A stretch of 64,000 bases of DNA. It comes from Balneolaceae bacterium (GTDB lineage: Bacteria > Bacteroidota > Rhodothermia > Balneolales > Balneolaceae). Positions 1 to 9,866 of the stretch are shown here, piece after piece (positions within the stretch are counted from its first letter, which is position 1; each line of letters starts with the position of its first letter). Location: NCBI GenBank assembly GCA_007693395.1, contig REDS01000105.1, positions 12,619 through 76,618 on the forward strand, read 5' to 3'. Under the pieces are notes generated by a model that was not told where the DNA came from, did no database searches, and saw only the letters and a list, made by a program, of their open reading frames with translations. Position numbers and translations under genes: made by a program.

Positions 1-142
1 TATCCATATACTCTTGCACCCCGTCGAAAGCGGCATCTGGCCATGCCTGATGCGAATGGCCGGTAAAAAGCAGGCGGTTTGCTACATCAAATCGGTTGTA
101 GTGCGGATGTAGTGTTTTTGCGAGTGAATCAAATTCTTGCAT
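1..142 (-). CDS. 5' end (about 47 codons) of an unidentified CDS that runs off the window start
   Basis: ATG at 142..140 on the minus strand opens a frame with no stop down to position 1: MQEFDSLAKTLHPHYNRFDVANRLLFTGHSHQAWPDAAFDGVQEYMD. It is too short for the ORF track. The TGHSHQAWPD string reminds me of PLP-dependent fold-type-I enzymes, but I cannot confirm that. Confidence 0.3.
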   Translation of the reverse strand, partial: MQEFDSLAKTLHPHYNRFDVANRLLFTGHSHQAWPDAAFDGVQEYMD

Positions 143-215
143 GCAGTAAGGTATGGGGTTAAAATTTTTTCAGGTTCTCATTTAGCGGGAAAATTTTCTG
201 TAGCTACAAAAAATA

Positions 216-1016
216 TCACCCAAAATCGCCCTTTTCAAAGCGTTCTTTGAGGCGGTTTTCGTTCAGCCGTTTAAACGTTAAAAGCTTTTCAGCACTCTTT
301 GAGGCTATGGTCATTTCCCTCTTACCTAAAGCTCCGCGGGCGCGTGCAACGTTCCAATTAGCTACAGCCATTGCTGCACGGGCCGAGGTTGCAGCACAAT
401 AAGTAGCCAGGATGGCATCAGATGTGCTGATCTGATACAGTTGTTTAAATACATCAGGTGTCCATAGGCCGGGATTTACATCGGGGGAAAAAGGATCGTG
501 AAGGATGAAGCTGGCAAGGTTTTTATCCGCTATATGGTTTTCCGAAAAATCAGGGGTGTCCTCAAACTTACCCCAAAATAGTTCAAGTTTCAGAAGTGGA
601 TTTATGCCTGCCTGATTCATCCCGGGTTTCAATCCGTCGAAAATTTCAGCAAGAACGGGTACCTGTTTGTTTAAAAATGACTCACTTCCAAATGATAGAT
701 CTCTTGCGGTTTGTGCCTTTATGGGATACGCTTCAACACTTTTGAAGGTTACCGGTATTTTTCTGAGGGATTGCCTGATATAATCCAGACAGAGAACCAG
801 ATTGAGCCCAGTACCAAAACCTGTTTCAAAGATGGTAAGCGGTTTATCAGACCGGAGAAGCCCGGCAAGGTTCGTGGTTTCAAAAAAAACGTGGCGGCTT
901 TCCGCAACCGCACCGTTTGGGTTATGATAATACTGATTAAACAAAGACGAAAAGAGCGTGGTGGAACCATCTTTGGTTAGTTTTACAGCTGGCTCTGTTT
1001 TATCAGAATTCATCAT
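216..1016 (-). CDS. mnmD: tRNA 5-methylaminomethyl-2-thiouridine methyltransferase, stand-alone MnmC methyltransferase-domain type (MnmD-like)
   Basis: ORF 216..1085. The SAM-MTase motif IFETGFGTGLNLVL and the HDPFSPDVNPGLWT box resemble the MnmC methyltransferase domain. I moved the start to ATG 1016..1014, which shares 1 nt with the TGA of the upstream YciI-like gene. Confidence 0.65.
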   Translation of the reverse strand: MMNSDKTEPAVKLTKDGSTTLFSSLFNQYYHNPNGAVAESRHVFFETTNLAGLLRSDKPLTIFETGFGTGLNLVLCLDYIRQSLRKIPVTFKSVEAYPIKAQTARDLSFGSESFLNKQVPVLAEIFDGLKPGMNQAGINPLLKLELFWGKFEDTPDFSENHIADKNLASFILHDPFSPDVNPGLWTPDVFKQLYQISTSDAILATYCAATSARAAMAVANWNVARARGALGKREMTIASKSAEKLLTFKRLNENRLKERFEKGDFG

Positions 1017-1321
1017 CAATGGTCTACATGAACCGGGGATGCGGCTTGTTCCCCTACAACCGTCATCCAGGGGCGTATGTCCCATTTTTTTACCAGACCA
1101 TTCTTTACATAAGGATCATTTTCTGCAAACTCCTGAGCTGCTTTTGGTGAATCACCTGTAAAAAGAAGAAATGCTCTGTCGGCAGGTTCCTGAAGTGCTC
1201 CGCCCAGCATCAGATCGCCGTTATTGCTTGCATGCCAGGCAAGCTGCAGGTGTTCCGTTCGGAATTCACCCCGGCGCTCCAGATAATCATCAGACAGATC
1301 GTAAATGAGTAAATAGTGCAT
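1016..1321 (-). CDS. YciI-family (YCII-related) small protein
   Basis: 101 aa. MHYLLIYDLSDDYLERRGEFRTEHLQ...DPYVKNGLVKKWDIRPW is typical of the YciI-like dimeric alpha-beta barrel family. The gene is translationally coupled to the downstream mnmD-like gene. Confidence 0.7.
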   Translation of the reverse strand: MHYLLIYDLSDDYLERRGEFRTEHLQLAWHASNNGDLMLGGALQEPADRAFLLFTGDSPKAAQEFAENDPYVKNGLVKKWDIRPWMTVVGEQAASPVHVDH

Positions 1322-1640
1322 GATAGTCGGTTTTTTCTATGGGTTTTTTCTAAAGGAAAAGATAGGTAAAGTTTTTGAGAGAGCGGTAAAGTTATTAAGT
1401 ATGATTTTTTCGAATAATCTGACTTATGAACCCGGATTAAGCCTCATTCAAAAAACTCAATTTGATAATAATCCATCAACTTTAGTCAGTTTTGTTCTTT
1501 TGTCTTGATACAAAAGAATGAAAAAATCAAGGCGGTGAATTGATCATCAGCAGTTACCCTGTTCTTGTCAACCAATTCAAGGCCAATTTAATCTCGATTA
1601 TAATTAACTCCAGTTTTCAGAAACCAAAATTTTTAAATTA

Positions 1641-2774
1641 TCAGGGAATAAACCGCAGCTGAAATACGAGTACGATTATGGAGTTATCGAGATCCATCGG
1701 GCCACTTTGGCCAAAGCCGTAGTTTAAATGAGCCCGCATAATTTCCCGGTTTCCGTCAAAGATGTATCTGGAGATACCAAAAAGATAGTTGTTTGAGAAA
1801 ATGCGGTCGTAATCCAGATTTATTCCGACCTGACCGGGTTTTTGAACCATTTCATCATACCTGCCAAGTACATGCCATTCACGGGTTAATCTGTACCCTA
1901 TTTGAGCATAAAATCCGTGCAGGTTGTATTCCCCATCCTGATTAAGAGTGATGCCGCGGCTATCGTCTTTACCTGTAAGGCTCATATACTCAACATGGGT
2001 GAAAACCCTGTCTAATCCAAAACTATCAGTGGCAACCCGGAAGGAGTACGATGTTCTGTTAATATCATATGGCCCAACACCACCCTGTACAACGCCGCGT
2101 TGTTGATTGGTGGCAAAGTGAGAACCGATAGTGAGGCCTTCAACGATTTCCCAGTCAAAGCGCCCGCCATAGAGGCCGCCGCCCGGTTTGCGCTCGGTTA
2201 TATTAGAACCGGCCTGTACAAACCGCCCGGCACCGTTACCTGCCTGCACTGCATAGTAAAAACTGCCATGACGGCCGTGTATCATTACACCCAAATCCCG
2301 GAAAGCAGAATAGCCCATCACGTTAGAGAGTTTGGTTGTGATAGGAGCACGATCATAAAAAAGCAGCCATGAAGAGGCATTATTTGCTGTATCCCACGAT
2401 TGGCCCGGCATCATAATCTGGCCTACGCGAACTATAAACCACGGCCTGATGCGCGCATCAGCGTAGAAACATAGCAGTGATGGCGATGTGCCCGCAAGCT
2501 CAATCCATGAAGTAACACTAAATGTGTCGTTGATATTTGCCCTGGTTAGAATGCGCGCCCGCCGAAGCCTGAAACCTTGTGTTTCGATGGTTTCTGTGCC
2601 AAGTACCGGCAACATTCCCTGCGATGTGGTTACAACTTCGGTGCTTTGGTTGGCGATGTACCAACTTTGCAAATAACCGCCAACATCTACGGATAGCTGA
2701 GCCTGAGCAGCAGGAACAAACAGAAACAGAGTGGCAAGCAACGTGGTTAAAGGAGCCGATAATTTTCTTTTCAT
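1641..2774 (-). CDS. Outer-membrane beta-barrel porin (phosphate-selective porin O/P-like)
   Basis: Signal peptide MKRKLSAPLTTLLATLFLFVPAAQAQ. The body shows alternating amphipathic beta-strand character and ends in an aromatic barrel terminus, FQLRFIP. Confidence 0.55.
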   Translation of the reverse strand: MKRKLSAPLTTLLATLFLFVPAAQAQLSVDVGGYLQSWYIANQSTEVVTTSQGMLPVLGTETIETQGFRLRRARILTRANINDTFSVTSWIELAGTSPSLLCFYADARIRPWFIVRVGQIMMPGQSWDTANNASSWLLFYDRAPITTKLSNVMGYSAFRDLGVMIHGRHGSFYYAVQAGNGAGRFVQAGSNITERKPGGGLYGGRFDWEIVEGLTIGSHFATNQQRGVVQGGVGPYDINRTSYSFRVATDSFGLDRVFTHVEYMSLTGKDDSRGITLNQDGEYNLHGFYAQIGYRLTREWHVLGRYDEMVQKPGQVGINLDYDRIFSNNYLFGISRYIFDGNREIMRAHLNYGFGQSGPMDLDNSIIVLVFQLRFIP

Positions 2775-3040
2775 CTTCTTGATCTGTGGTTTTTAAATCA
2801 TACCTGAGACAAACTAATAAAAATCAGTTTGTTTCAGAATTTTTCCCCTCTTTAAAACTCAATCTCTATAATGGTATTCTACCACTTAATCGTGAAGAGT
2901 TTATAAAGTTGATCAGATTGAAAATCTATTAAATGAAATATTATTTCATCTTTTTAGATTGAGAAATTACATTTTTGAGAATTGAATCAGTAAGTTTAAG
3001 ATGAAACAGAAAGTCAGAGAGCCTTTTTGTATTTTCGAGC

Positions 3041-5542
3041 ATGCAACTACAGCAAATCTATAATAAAGACAATTTTTTAGAACAAGTTGATCAGTTCCGG
3101 TTAATTACGAGTCAAAAAATTGACGAAGACAGAAAATCGGAGTTCAGCCAATACTTTACACCTTCTGAAATAGCAAGGTTCATGGCTTCTTTGTTCCAAC
3201 ATTATTATAAAGAAATATCTTTATTAGATCCTGGGGCGGGAATTGGTAGTCTGTCAGCGGCATTTGTTGAAAGAATAATAAATGAAGTTGATGACTTTAA
3301 CTCTCTCAATATAACTTGCTATGAAAAGGACAAAAACCTTCTGAGCTCACTTAAAAAAACTCTTGAAGTTTGTCAAAACTATTTAGTTACTAAAAATAAG
3401 CCTTTCACATATATTATAGAGAATCAGGATTTTATCAATGAGGCTGCAAAAATAATTAAGAAAGAAAATGGTCTTTTTCCCTCACAAACGGAAAAATACA
3501 GTCATTGTATACTGAACCCTCCTTATCAAAAAATAAATTCAAAGTCTAAGCACAGGAAGGATTTAAGAAGTATCGGTATAGAGACATCAAACCTTTATAC
3601 AGGTTTTTTCGCTTTAGGTATATTACTTTTGCAAGACAAAGGTGAAATAGCAGCGATCATCCCAAGAAGCTTCTGTAACGGGGTCTATTTTAAGCCTTTT
3701 AGAAAGTTTTTACTTAATGAAATCAACATAAAGCAAGTTCATGTTTTCAACGCAAGGAACAAGGCATTTAAAGATGATGAAGTGTTGCAAGAAAACATAA
3801 TTATCTATGGTGTAAAAGAAAAAGAACAGGGGAAAATAAAAATCACAACGAGCGATGATAGCACTTTTTCATTTCTGACCGAGCGGATTGTAACACCTGA
3901 TAAAGTCGTTAAACCTGACGATAAAGATCAAGTTATTCATATCACAACGAATGATTATGATCAGATGGTTGTGGACAATATGAATGTCTTTCAAAATTCT
4001 TTGGGTGATTTGGGTTTAAAGGTCAGCACAGGTCCAGTTGTTGATTTTAGGTTAAAAGAGTTGATACAAAAAGAACCTTCAAATAATACTTACCCACTCA
4101 TATATCCCGCTCATATAGATAATGGCACAGTAAACTGGCCAAAACCCAATGGCAAGAAGGCGAATGCCATCAAATTATCTGAGAAAAGCAGAAAGTACTT
4201 AATGAAAAATGGATGGTATGTACTGACCAGAAGATTCAGTTCTAAAGAAGAAAAGAGAAGAATTTATGCTTCTGAATTTAATCCTAATAACATTGACAAG
4301 GAGTACGTTGGTTTTGAAAATCACTTAAATGTGATTCACCAAAACAAAAGTGGTTTAGATGAATTTCTTGCAAGGGGTCTAAAAACATATCTTAATTCAA
4401 CGATTGTAGATGAATATTTCAGGCAATTTTCAGGACACACACAAGTAAATGCATCCGACTTAAAACAGTTAAAATACCCAAGCCTTGAAGCATTAAGGGA
4501 GTTAGGTGAAAAATCTACCAATGTATACCAATCTCAAAACGATATCGATCAATTAATTGAAACAATAATAGACAGAATGGCACCCAGGAAAAAGAAATCA
4601 GCTTCCAGTTTAAAACAGAAAATCGATGAAGCTTTAGAGATCATAAAAACTCTTGATTTGCCTAAAGCTCAGCAAAATGAACGATCTGCCTTAACTTTAC
4701 TTGCATTGGTCGACATCAAACCCACTGATGATTGGAAGAATGCTTCAGATCCGCTTATGGGTATCACGCCTATCATGGATTTCATTGCTGAACATTATGG
4801 TAGAAAATATGCTCCAAATACTCGAGAGACTATTCGCAGGCAAACCATGCACCAATTTGTTGATGCCGGTATTTCCATCCAAAATCCCGATGACCCTCTC
4901 CGTCCAATAAACAGCCCAAATTGGGTTTATCAAATTGAATCCCAAACTTTAGAATTAATCAGAACTTTTGGTACAAAAGAATGGAACAATAAGGTTTCAG
5001 ATTTTATGCAGGATTATAATTCTTTAGCTGAGCGATATGCCAAGAGAAGGAAAATGAATAAAATACCTTTAAAAATTGATGGTGAAGAATTATCACTATC
5101 GCCGGGTACTCATAGTCAATTGATTAAGGATATCGTGGAAAAATTTGGTCCACGTTATGCACCCGGCGGCAAAGTTTTATATGTTGGAGATACCGGCTCA
5201 AAATTAGGTTACTACGATGAAAAATCATTTAAAGAGCTCGGTTTAAAGTTTGATAATCACGGAAAATTTCCGGACGTAGTATTATACTTTAAAAAGAAGA
5301 ACTGGCTCTTGCTTATTGAAGCCGTGACAAGTCATGGCCCAGTAAATCCGAAAAGGTTATCTGAACTGAAAAAATTATTTACTGAATCAAAAGCTGGTCT
5401 AGTTTATGTGACTGCATTTCCAGATAAGCAAACGATGGCAAGATATGTCTCGGATATCAGTTGGGAAACCGAGGTTTGGGTAGCTGATTCCCCAAGTCAT
5501 CTGATTCACTTTGATGGAGATAAATTTTTGGGACCATATTAA
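3041..5542 (+). CDS. Fused restriction-modification enzyme: N-terminal gamma-class N6-adenine DNA methyltransferase (Eco57I/PstI-M type with TaqI-like target-recognition domain) plus C-terminal BsuBI/PstI-family restriction endonuclease
   Basis: One uninterrupted 833-aa ORF. MTase motifs are QYFTPSEIARFM (motif X), LLDPGAGIGSL (motif I) and ILNPPYQK (motif IV, near nt 3515). From about aa 520 the sequence reads LPKAQQNERSALTLLAL...YAPNTRETIRRQT...NPDDPLRPINSPNWVY and FPDVVLYFKKKNWLLLIEAVTSHGPVNPKRL, which I recognise as the BsuBI/PstI RE N- and C-domains. The gene is visibly more AT-rich than its flanks. Confidence 0.8.
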   Translation: MQLQQIYNKDNFLEQVDQFRLITSQKIDEDRKSEFSQYFTPSEIARFMASLFQHYYKEISLLDPGAGIGSLSAAFVERIINEVDDFNSLNITCYEKDKNLLSSLKKTLEVCQNYLVTKNKPFTYIIENQDFINEAAKIIKKENGLFPSQTEKYSHCILNPPYQKINSKSKHRKDLRSIGIETSNLYTGFFALGILLLQDKGEIAAIIPRSFCNGVYFKPFRKFLLNEINIKQVHVFNARNKAFKDDEVLQENIIIYGVKEKEQGKIKITTSDDSTFSFLTERIVTPDKVVKPDDKDQVIHITTNDYDQMVVDNMNVFQNSLGDLGLKVSTGPVVDFRLKELIQKEPSNNTYPLIYPAHIDNGTVNWPKPNGKKANAIKLSEKSRKYLMKNGWYVLTRRFSSKEEKRRIYASEFNPNNIDKEYVGFENHLNVIHQNKSGLDEFLARGLKTYLNSTIVDEYFRQFSGHTQVNASDLKQLKYPSLEALRELGEKSTNVYQSQNDIDQLIETIIDRMAPRKKKSASSLKQKIDEALEIIKTLDLPKAQQNERSALTLLALVDIKPTDDWKNASDPLMGITPIMDFIAEHYGRKYAPNTRETIRRQTMHQFVDAGISIQNPDDPLRPINSPNWVYQIESQTLELIRTFGTKEWNNKVSDFMQDYNSLAERYAKRRKMNKIPLKIDGEELSLSPGTHSQLIKDIVEKFGPRYAPGGKVLYVGDTGSKLGYYDEKSFKELGLKFDNHGKFPDVVLYFKKKNWLLLIEAVTSHGPVNPKRLSELKKLFTESKAGLVYVTAFPDKQTMARYVSDISWETEVWVADSPSHLIHFDGDKFLGPY

Positions 5543-5545
5543 AAA

Positions 5546-5590
5546 TGTGAATACATGCTGACCGATTGCAGCATGTCACATAATTTTGAG
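5546..5590 (+). terminator. Hairpin just after the R-M gene stop, candidate terminator between convergent genes
   Basis: TGTGAatACATGCTG-accgatt-gCAGCATGTCACA forms 7+5 bp stems with a small bulge and is followed by TAATTTTGAG. Confidence 0.4.
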
Positions 5591-5645
5591 TTGATCGTCT
5601 TATAGCATAAACCAAATGAAGTTACCAGTTCATTATTAAATCAGG

Positions 5646-6875
5646 TCAAATCTCTTCCGTACTGAGTTTCTCTGTAACCTGCTCTTCCGTGAGGCTGAAA
5701 ATTTCAACGATGTTCTCTTTTGTTATCGGTCCTGCAGCGTTGATCTTTTCACCATCACCATATACGCGAAGCGCATATTCTGCGATCTCATCGAACGATT
5801 TAACAGGAATATTCTGATCGGTCAGTCGCTGATACAGCCCGTTATTTTCCAGCCACAACTCGAAAACGGCAATAAACTCTGCGGCACTTTCATTGATATC
5901 CGCTGTTTTGATATCGAACAGTTTTTCTCCCAGAAGTGCGAGTCTGTCCACACAACGATCGTTCTGCACCAGCCATTTGAAATAGGCGGGATAGAGAATT
6001 GCAAGGCCGCGGCCATGTGCCAGATTTGGGTTGTATCCACTGAGGGCATGCTCAAGATTGTGAAGCATAAACGTGGAGGGTACTCTGCCGGCTGTCTGCA
6101 TGGTATTCAGTGCCATGGTAGATGCCCAGAGTAGTTGCCCGCGAAGTGCTTCGTTTTCAGGATCTTCAAGTACGTTGGGCAGTGCATCAATTACGGTTTG
6201 CATAACACCTTCGCTGTACCTGTCGGCAAGGGGAGATTCATTACCGCCCAAAATATAATTTTCAAAAACATGGCTGAGAATATCGGATGCTCCATCTCGA
6301 GTAGTATCAAGCGGTAATGAGGTGTGATATGCCGGGTTTAGCCACGAAGCAGATGGTTTCAAAAATGGGTAACTAATGGGTGATTTTCCTTTCACTTCGG
6401 GATTTGATATTACCGCATGTGCAGTCACTTCGGATGCTGTAGCAGCCGTTGTTGGGATGGTTGCAACGGGAAGTGCTCCTTGCATGGTTTTGTATTTCGG
6501 TTCGCCCAGAACAAATGGCCAGATCTCTTTTTCACCGTCGTGAATGAGCCCCGCAATGGCTTTTGAGGCATCCATTACTGAACCGCCTCCAAATGCTAAA
6601 ACGAAATCCACACTATTCTCCTTTCCAAAAGCTGCAGCTTTATCGATGGTTGCTGCATGTGGGTTGGGCTCAATTCCTTCAAAAAGAACGTAATCAAAAT
6701 TTCTGCTTGAAAGATGATCAGTCACTTTATCCAGATATCCGGTTCGCTTTACGCTGCCTCCGCCTATTACGATGAGTACACGAGATCCGTAATCTTTGAG
6801 CCTGTCAAAAAATGATCCGGCATTGGAACTGCCAAAATAGATTCGTGTGGGGACGTGGATTTCGAATGAATTCAT
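5646..6875 (-). CDS. Iron-containing (group III) alcohol dehydrogenase
   Basis: ORF 5646..6956. The start is set at MNSFEIHVPTRIYFG (ATG 6875..6873). It carries the GGGSVMDASKAIA motif and the metal-binding His regions HNLEHALSG and HGRGLAILYP. Confidence 0.85.
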   Translation of the reverse strand: MNSFEIHVPTRIYFGSSNAGSFFDRLKDYGSRVLIVIGGGSVKRTGYLDKVTDHLSSRNFDYVLFEGIEPNPHAATIDKAAAFGKENSVDFVLAFGGGSVMDASKAIAGLIHDGEKEIWPFVLGEPKYKTMQGALPVATIPTTAATASEVTAHAVISNPEVKGKSPISYPFLKPSASWLNPAYHTSLPLDTTRDGASDILSHVFENYILGGNESPLADRYSEGVMQTVIDALPNVLEDPENEALRGQLLWASTMALNTMQTAGRVPSTFMLHNLEHALSGYNPNLAHGRGLAILYPAYFKWLVQNDRCVDRLALLGEKLFDIKTADINESAAEFIAVFELWLENNGLYQRLTDQNIPVKSFDEIAEYALRVYGDGEKINAAGPITKENIVEIFSLTEEQVTEKLSTEEI

Positions 6876-6990
6876 GTTTGGGAAAATTTGGTTATCATTA
6901 TTTCGAAAGAAAAACGAGCAATTTTTTGAATCAGATAAAAATAGTTTTCTCTTCAATATACCAACAACGCCCGATTAAATAAGATTTCAT

Positions 6991-8178
6991 ATGAGCCGTA
7001 TTCAGGATCTAATTCACGAAAAAGCAGAGCAGTACTTCGATTATATGGTGCAGACGAGAAGGTATCTGCACAAAAATCCTGAGGTGAGTTTCAAGGAATT
7101 TGAGACCACAGATTACATTATCCATGAACTTAAAAAATTGGGAATAGAAACCAAACGCCCGCTGGAAACCGGCTGTATTGGTATCATTGATGGGAACCCT
7201 TCAGATAGCGTGATTGCGTTGCGTGCCGATATCGATGCACTCCCGATGGATGAAGAGGGGGATGCCAAAAAGGAGTTCATGAGTGAGCGTCCCGGTGCGG
7301 CGCATTGTTGCGGACACGATTTTCACACAGCAAATTTACTTGGTACGGCAAGAATATTGAATGATCTGAAAGACCGGATTGATGGGAAAGTGGTTCTGAT
7401 TTTTCAGCCGGCAGAGGAGAAACTTCCCGGCGGCGGACGGCTGCTCACCGAGTCTGGTGCATTGCAAAATGAGGGAGTGAAGAAAGTGTATGGGATGCAT
7501 ACAAATCCAAACATTTCCCCCGGCCAAATTGCCGTGAAAGCCGGCCCATTGATGGCGTGCACGGTGGAGTTTGATATAGAAATTATCGGGAAAGGCGGGC
7601 ATGCAGCAGCCCCTCATACTACGGTTGACCCGATTGTAATCGCTGCACAGGTTATACAGCAGTTTCAAACCATCCCCAGCCGGTCACTCGATCCCACCGA
7701 ACCATCCGTTGTTACAGTTGGGAAAATTCGTGCCGGTTCTGCACATAACATCATACCCGAAAAAGCTGAGCTTATGGGAACCGTTCGTGCATTCTCTATG
7801 GAAACCGCCCGGATGATTAAAAAGAGGATGGAAGAGATATTAGCCGGTGTTACAGCGGCATCGGGTGCAACGTTCACGTTTCATTTTAATGAGGGATATC
7901 CCGCTGTGGTGAATGATGAAGAATGTGCAGAAACCATTCGAAGTTCAGGCGTAGAGCTATTGGGAACTGAAAATGTAATCCTGATGGAGCGGCCGCTAAT
8001 GGCGGGTGAAGATTTTGCTTTCTATCAGCAAGAATTTCCCGGTGCATTTTTCTTTTTGGGAACCGGAAGTGATGAGGCAGATTCAAAATGGAGCTGGCAC
8101 CACCCGCGATACAATGTAGATGAAAAAGCCTTCCTTACGAGCTCGGCACTCATGGCCGGAATTGTTTTGAACACCTGA
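6991..8178 (+). CDS. M20D-family amidohydrolase (N-acyl-amino-acid amidohydrolase / hippurate hydrolase-like)
   Basis: 395 aa. YLHKNPEVSFKEFET, ALRADIDALPM, HCCGHDFHTA and GEDFAFY are the classic M20D peptidase/aminoacylase signatures. Confidence 0.85.
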   Translation: MSRIQDLIHEKAEQYFDYMVQTRRYLHKNPEVSFKEFETTDYIIHELKKLGIETKRPLETGCIGIIDGNPSDSVIALRADIDALPMDEEGDAKKEFMSERPGAAHCCGHDFHTANLLGTARILNDLKDRIDGKVVLIFQPAEEKLPGGGRLLTESGALQNEGVKKVYGMHTNPNISPGQIAVKAGPLMACTVEFDIEIIGKGGHAAAPHTTVDPIVIAAQVIQQFQTIPSRSLDPTEPSVVTVGKIRAGSAHNIIPEKAELMGTVRAFSMETARMIKKRMEEILAGVTAASGATFTFHFNEGYPAVVNDEECAETIRSSGVELLGTENVILMERPLMAGEDFAFYQQEFPGAFFFLGTGSDEADSKWSWHHPRYNVDEKAFLTSSALMAGIVLNT

Positions 8179-8365
8179 TCACAGAGTGTTTGATAAAACT
8201 CTGATTAGAATCATAAGTATAGAGGCACAGCCGATCTATTTTAGTCGACATGGAATCGAAAATCACACGGCTGCTTTTTCTTTCGAAAAGTTACATTGAG
8301 ATTTAAAGCTTTGAGAATTACTTTGCGGTAGCTCTCGATGGCTCTATTTAAAATGTAACATCCGG

Positions 8366-9358
8366 ATGGTAAACAAAACATTACCTGCTTTTGCTCTAAT
8401 TGTATTTCTCATAATCGTAGTTTCCTGTTCAGGAGATGATGATGTTACCGTGCTGAAACTGGGTCATGGCCTCGATAGTACCCATCCTGTTCACCTTGCA
8501 ATGGAATACATGGCAGAGCGCACACGTGAATATTCGGAAGGAAATATCCGCATTGATGTGTATCCCGGGCAGCAGCTTGGTACCGAGCGTGAACTTCTTG
8601 AACTTCTCCAAATTGGCAGTGTGGATATCACAAAAGTCTCGTCCAGTGTAATAGAAGGATTTGATCCGATCTACAAAGTGTTTAGCGTACCTTTTCTTTT
8701 TGTGGATGAAGAGCACCGATACAACGTTTGGGATGGCGAAATTGGCCGTGAGTTACTGGATGCAGGCGAGCGAATTCGTCTGATGGGGCTTACCTATTAT
8801 GATGCAGGAACCCGAAGTTTTTATACCAAAGATACACCCATTAATCACCCCGACGATCTGGCCGGTTTACGAATCAGGGTACAGGAGAGCCCGGCTTCAA
8901 TTCAGATGGTAAATCTATTGGGCGGTTCTGCCACGCCCATCTCCTGGGGAGAAATTTATACAGCCCTGCAGCAGGGAATTGTGGATGGCGCCGAAAATAA
9001 TGCCCCGAGTTTTCATCTTTCTCGACACTATGAAGTGGCGAGATACTACAGCATTAACGAGCATACTGCGGTGCCAGATATTTTGTACATAAGCCTTTCA
9101 ACCTGGAATCGGCTGTCGGAATCAGAACAGGAAATTATTCAGCAGGCAGCGGATGAATCGGCCATTTACCAGCGCCGTCTTTGGCGAGAAGCAACCGAAC
9201 GAGCTATGGATGAGGTTCAGGCTGCAGGGGTTGAAGTTGTTTATCCCGATAAGGAGCCATTTATTGAGCGTTTACAGCCGCTATATCAGGTATATATGGA
9301 CGAATCGGACGAACTAAAGCAGTTTATTGAACGAATCCAGGAGCTTGCAGATGGATAA
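8366..9358 (+). CDS. dctP: TRAP transporter substrate-binding protein (DctP family), lipoprotein-type signal
   Basis: 330 aa. The signal ends in the lipobox VVSCSG. The body is DctP-like (LKLGHGLDSTHPVH..., GLRIRVQESP, DGAENN). Confidence 0.8.
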   Translation: MVNKTLPAFALIVFLIIVVSCSGDDDVTVLKLGHGLDSTHPVHLAMEYMAERTREYSEGNIRIDVYPGQQLGTERELLELLQIGSVDITKVSSSVIEGFDPIYKVFSVPFLFVDEEHRYNVWDGEIGRELLDAGERIRLMGLTYYDAGTRSFYTKDTPINHPDDLAGLRIRVQESPASIQMVNLLGGSATPISWGEIYTALQQGIVDGAENNAPSFHLSRHYEVARYYSINEHTAVPDILYISLSTWNRLSESEQEIIQQAADESAIYQRRLWREATERAMDEVQAAGVEVVYPDKEPFIERLQPLYQVYMDESDELKQFIERIQELADG

Positions 9359-9866
9359 AATTGTAGAGAAAATCGATGAAATGTTAGCCTGGATTCTCAT
9401 CATCCTGATGGGGTTTTTGGTAATTGATGTTACCTGGCAAGTGCTTACACGATTTTTACTGGGTTCGGCAAGTTCGTTCACCGAAGAGGTTGCCCGATTT
9501 CTGCTGATCTGGATTGGCCTTTTAGGTGCAGCTTATGCCTATCGAAAAGATCTGCACCTCGCATTCGACTACTTTTCGATGAAAGTTCGCGGCCCGAGAA
9601 GGAAACTGCTCGGAATATTCATTCATACACTGGTAGCTCTATTCTCACTATTGGTACTTGTAATTGGGGGCGGTTACCTGGTGAATCTAACCTGGGAACT
9701 GAATCAGGTTTCAGCGGCGCTGCAAATTCGCCTGGCCTATGTTTACAGTGTGCTTCCATTGAGCGGGATATTAATCATGCTCTATTCAGCCATGTTTATC
9801 AGGGATATTTACCGCGGAGATGGAGATTCTGCCGTGCCCGAACCTAAAGCAAGAGAGGCTGTTTGA
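9351..9866 (+). CDS. dctQ: TRAP transporter small permease (DctQ family)
   Basis: ORF 9327..9866. The likely start is MDKIVEKIDEM at 9351, overlapping the dctP stop by 8 nt. There are four hydrophobic segments, and the FTEEVARFLLIWIGLLGAAYA motif is typical of DctQ. Confidence 0.75.
   Translation: MDKIVEKIDEMLAWILIILMGFLVIDVTWQVLTRFLLGSASSFTEEVARFLLIWIGLLGAAYAYRKDLHLAFDYFSMKVRGPRRKLLGIFIHTLVALFSLLVLVIGGGYLVNLTWELNQVSAALQIRLAYVYSVLPLSGILIMLYSAMFIRDIYRGDGDSAVPEPKAREAV

Noticed and set aside
1320-1508. 62-aa plus-strand ORF in the yciI-porin spacer
   Set aside because: It lies in an AT-rich intergenic region, on the strand opposite to both flanking genes. The translation is hydrophobic and low-complexity with no motif, so it is likely spurious.
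1495-1518. 9-bp hairpin TTCTTTTGT-cttgat-ACAAAAGAA downstream of the porin gene
   Set aside because: The stem is A/U-only and no U-tract follows it in the transcribed (minus) direction. It is too weak to call a terminator.
8290-8359. GTTACATT / AATGTAAC inverted 8-mers, 54 nt apart, upstream of dctP, as a possible operator or leader hairpin for the hexuronate locus
   Set aside because: Only 8 nt match. A rough estimate is that such a match arises by chance fairly often in an AT-rich 187-nt spacer. The motif does not recur upstream of the SDR-eda-kdgK-uxaC block (12684..12819).
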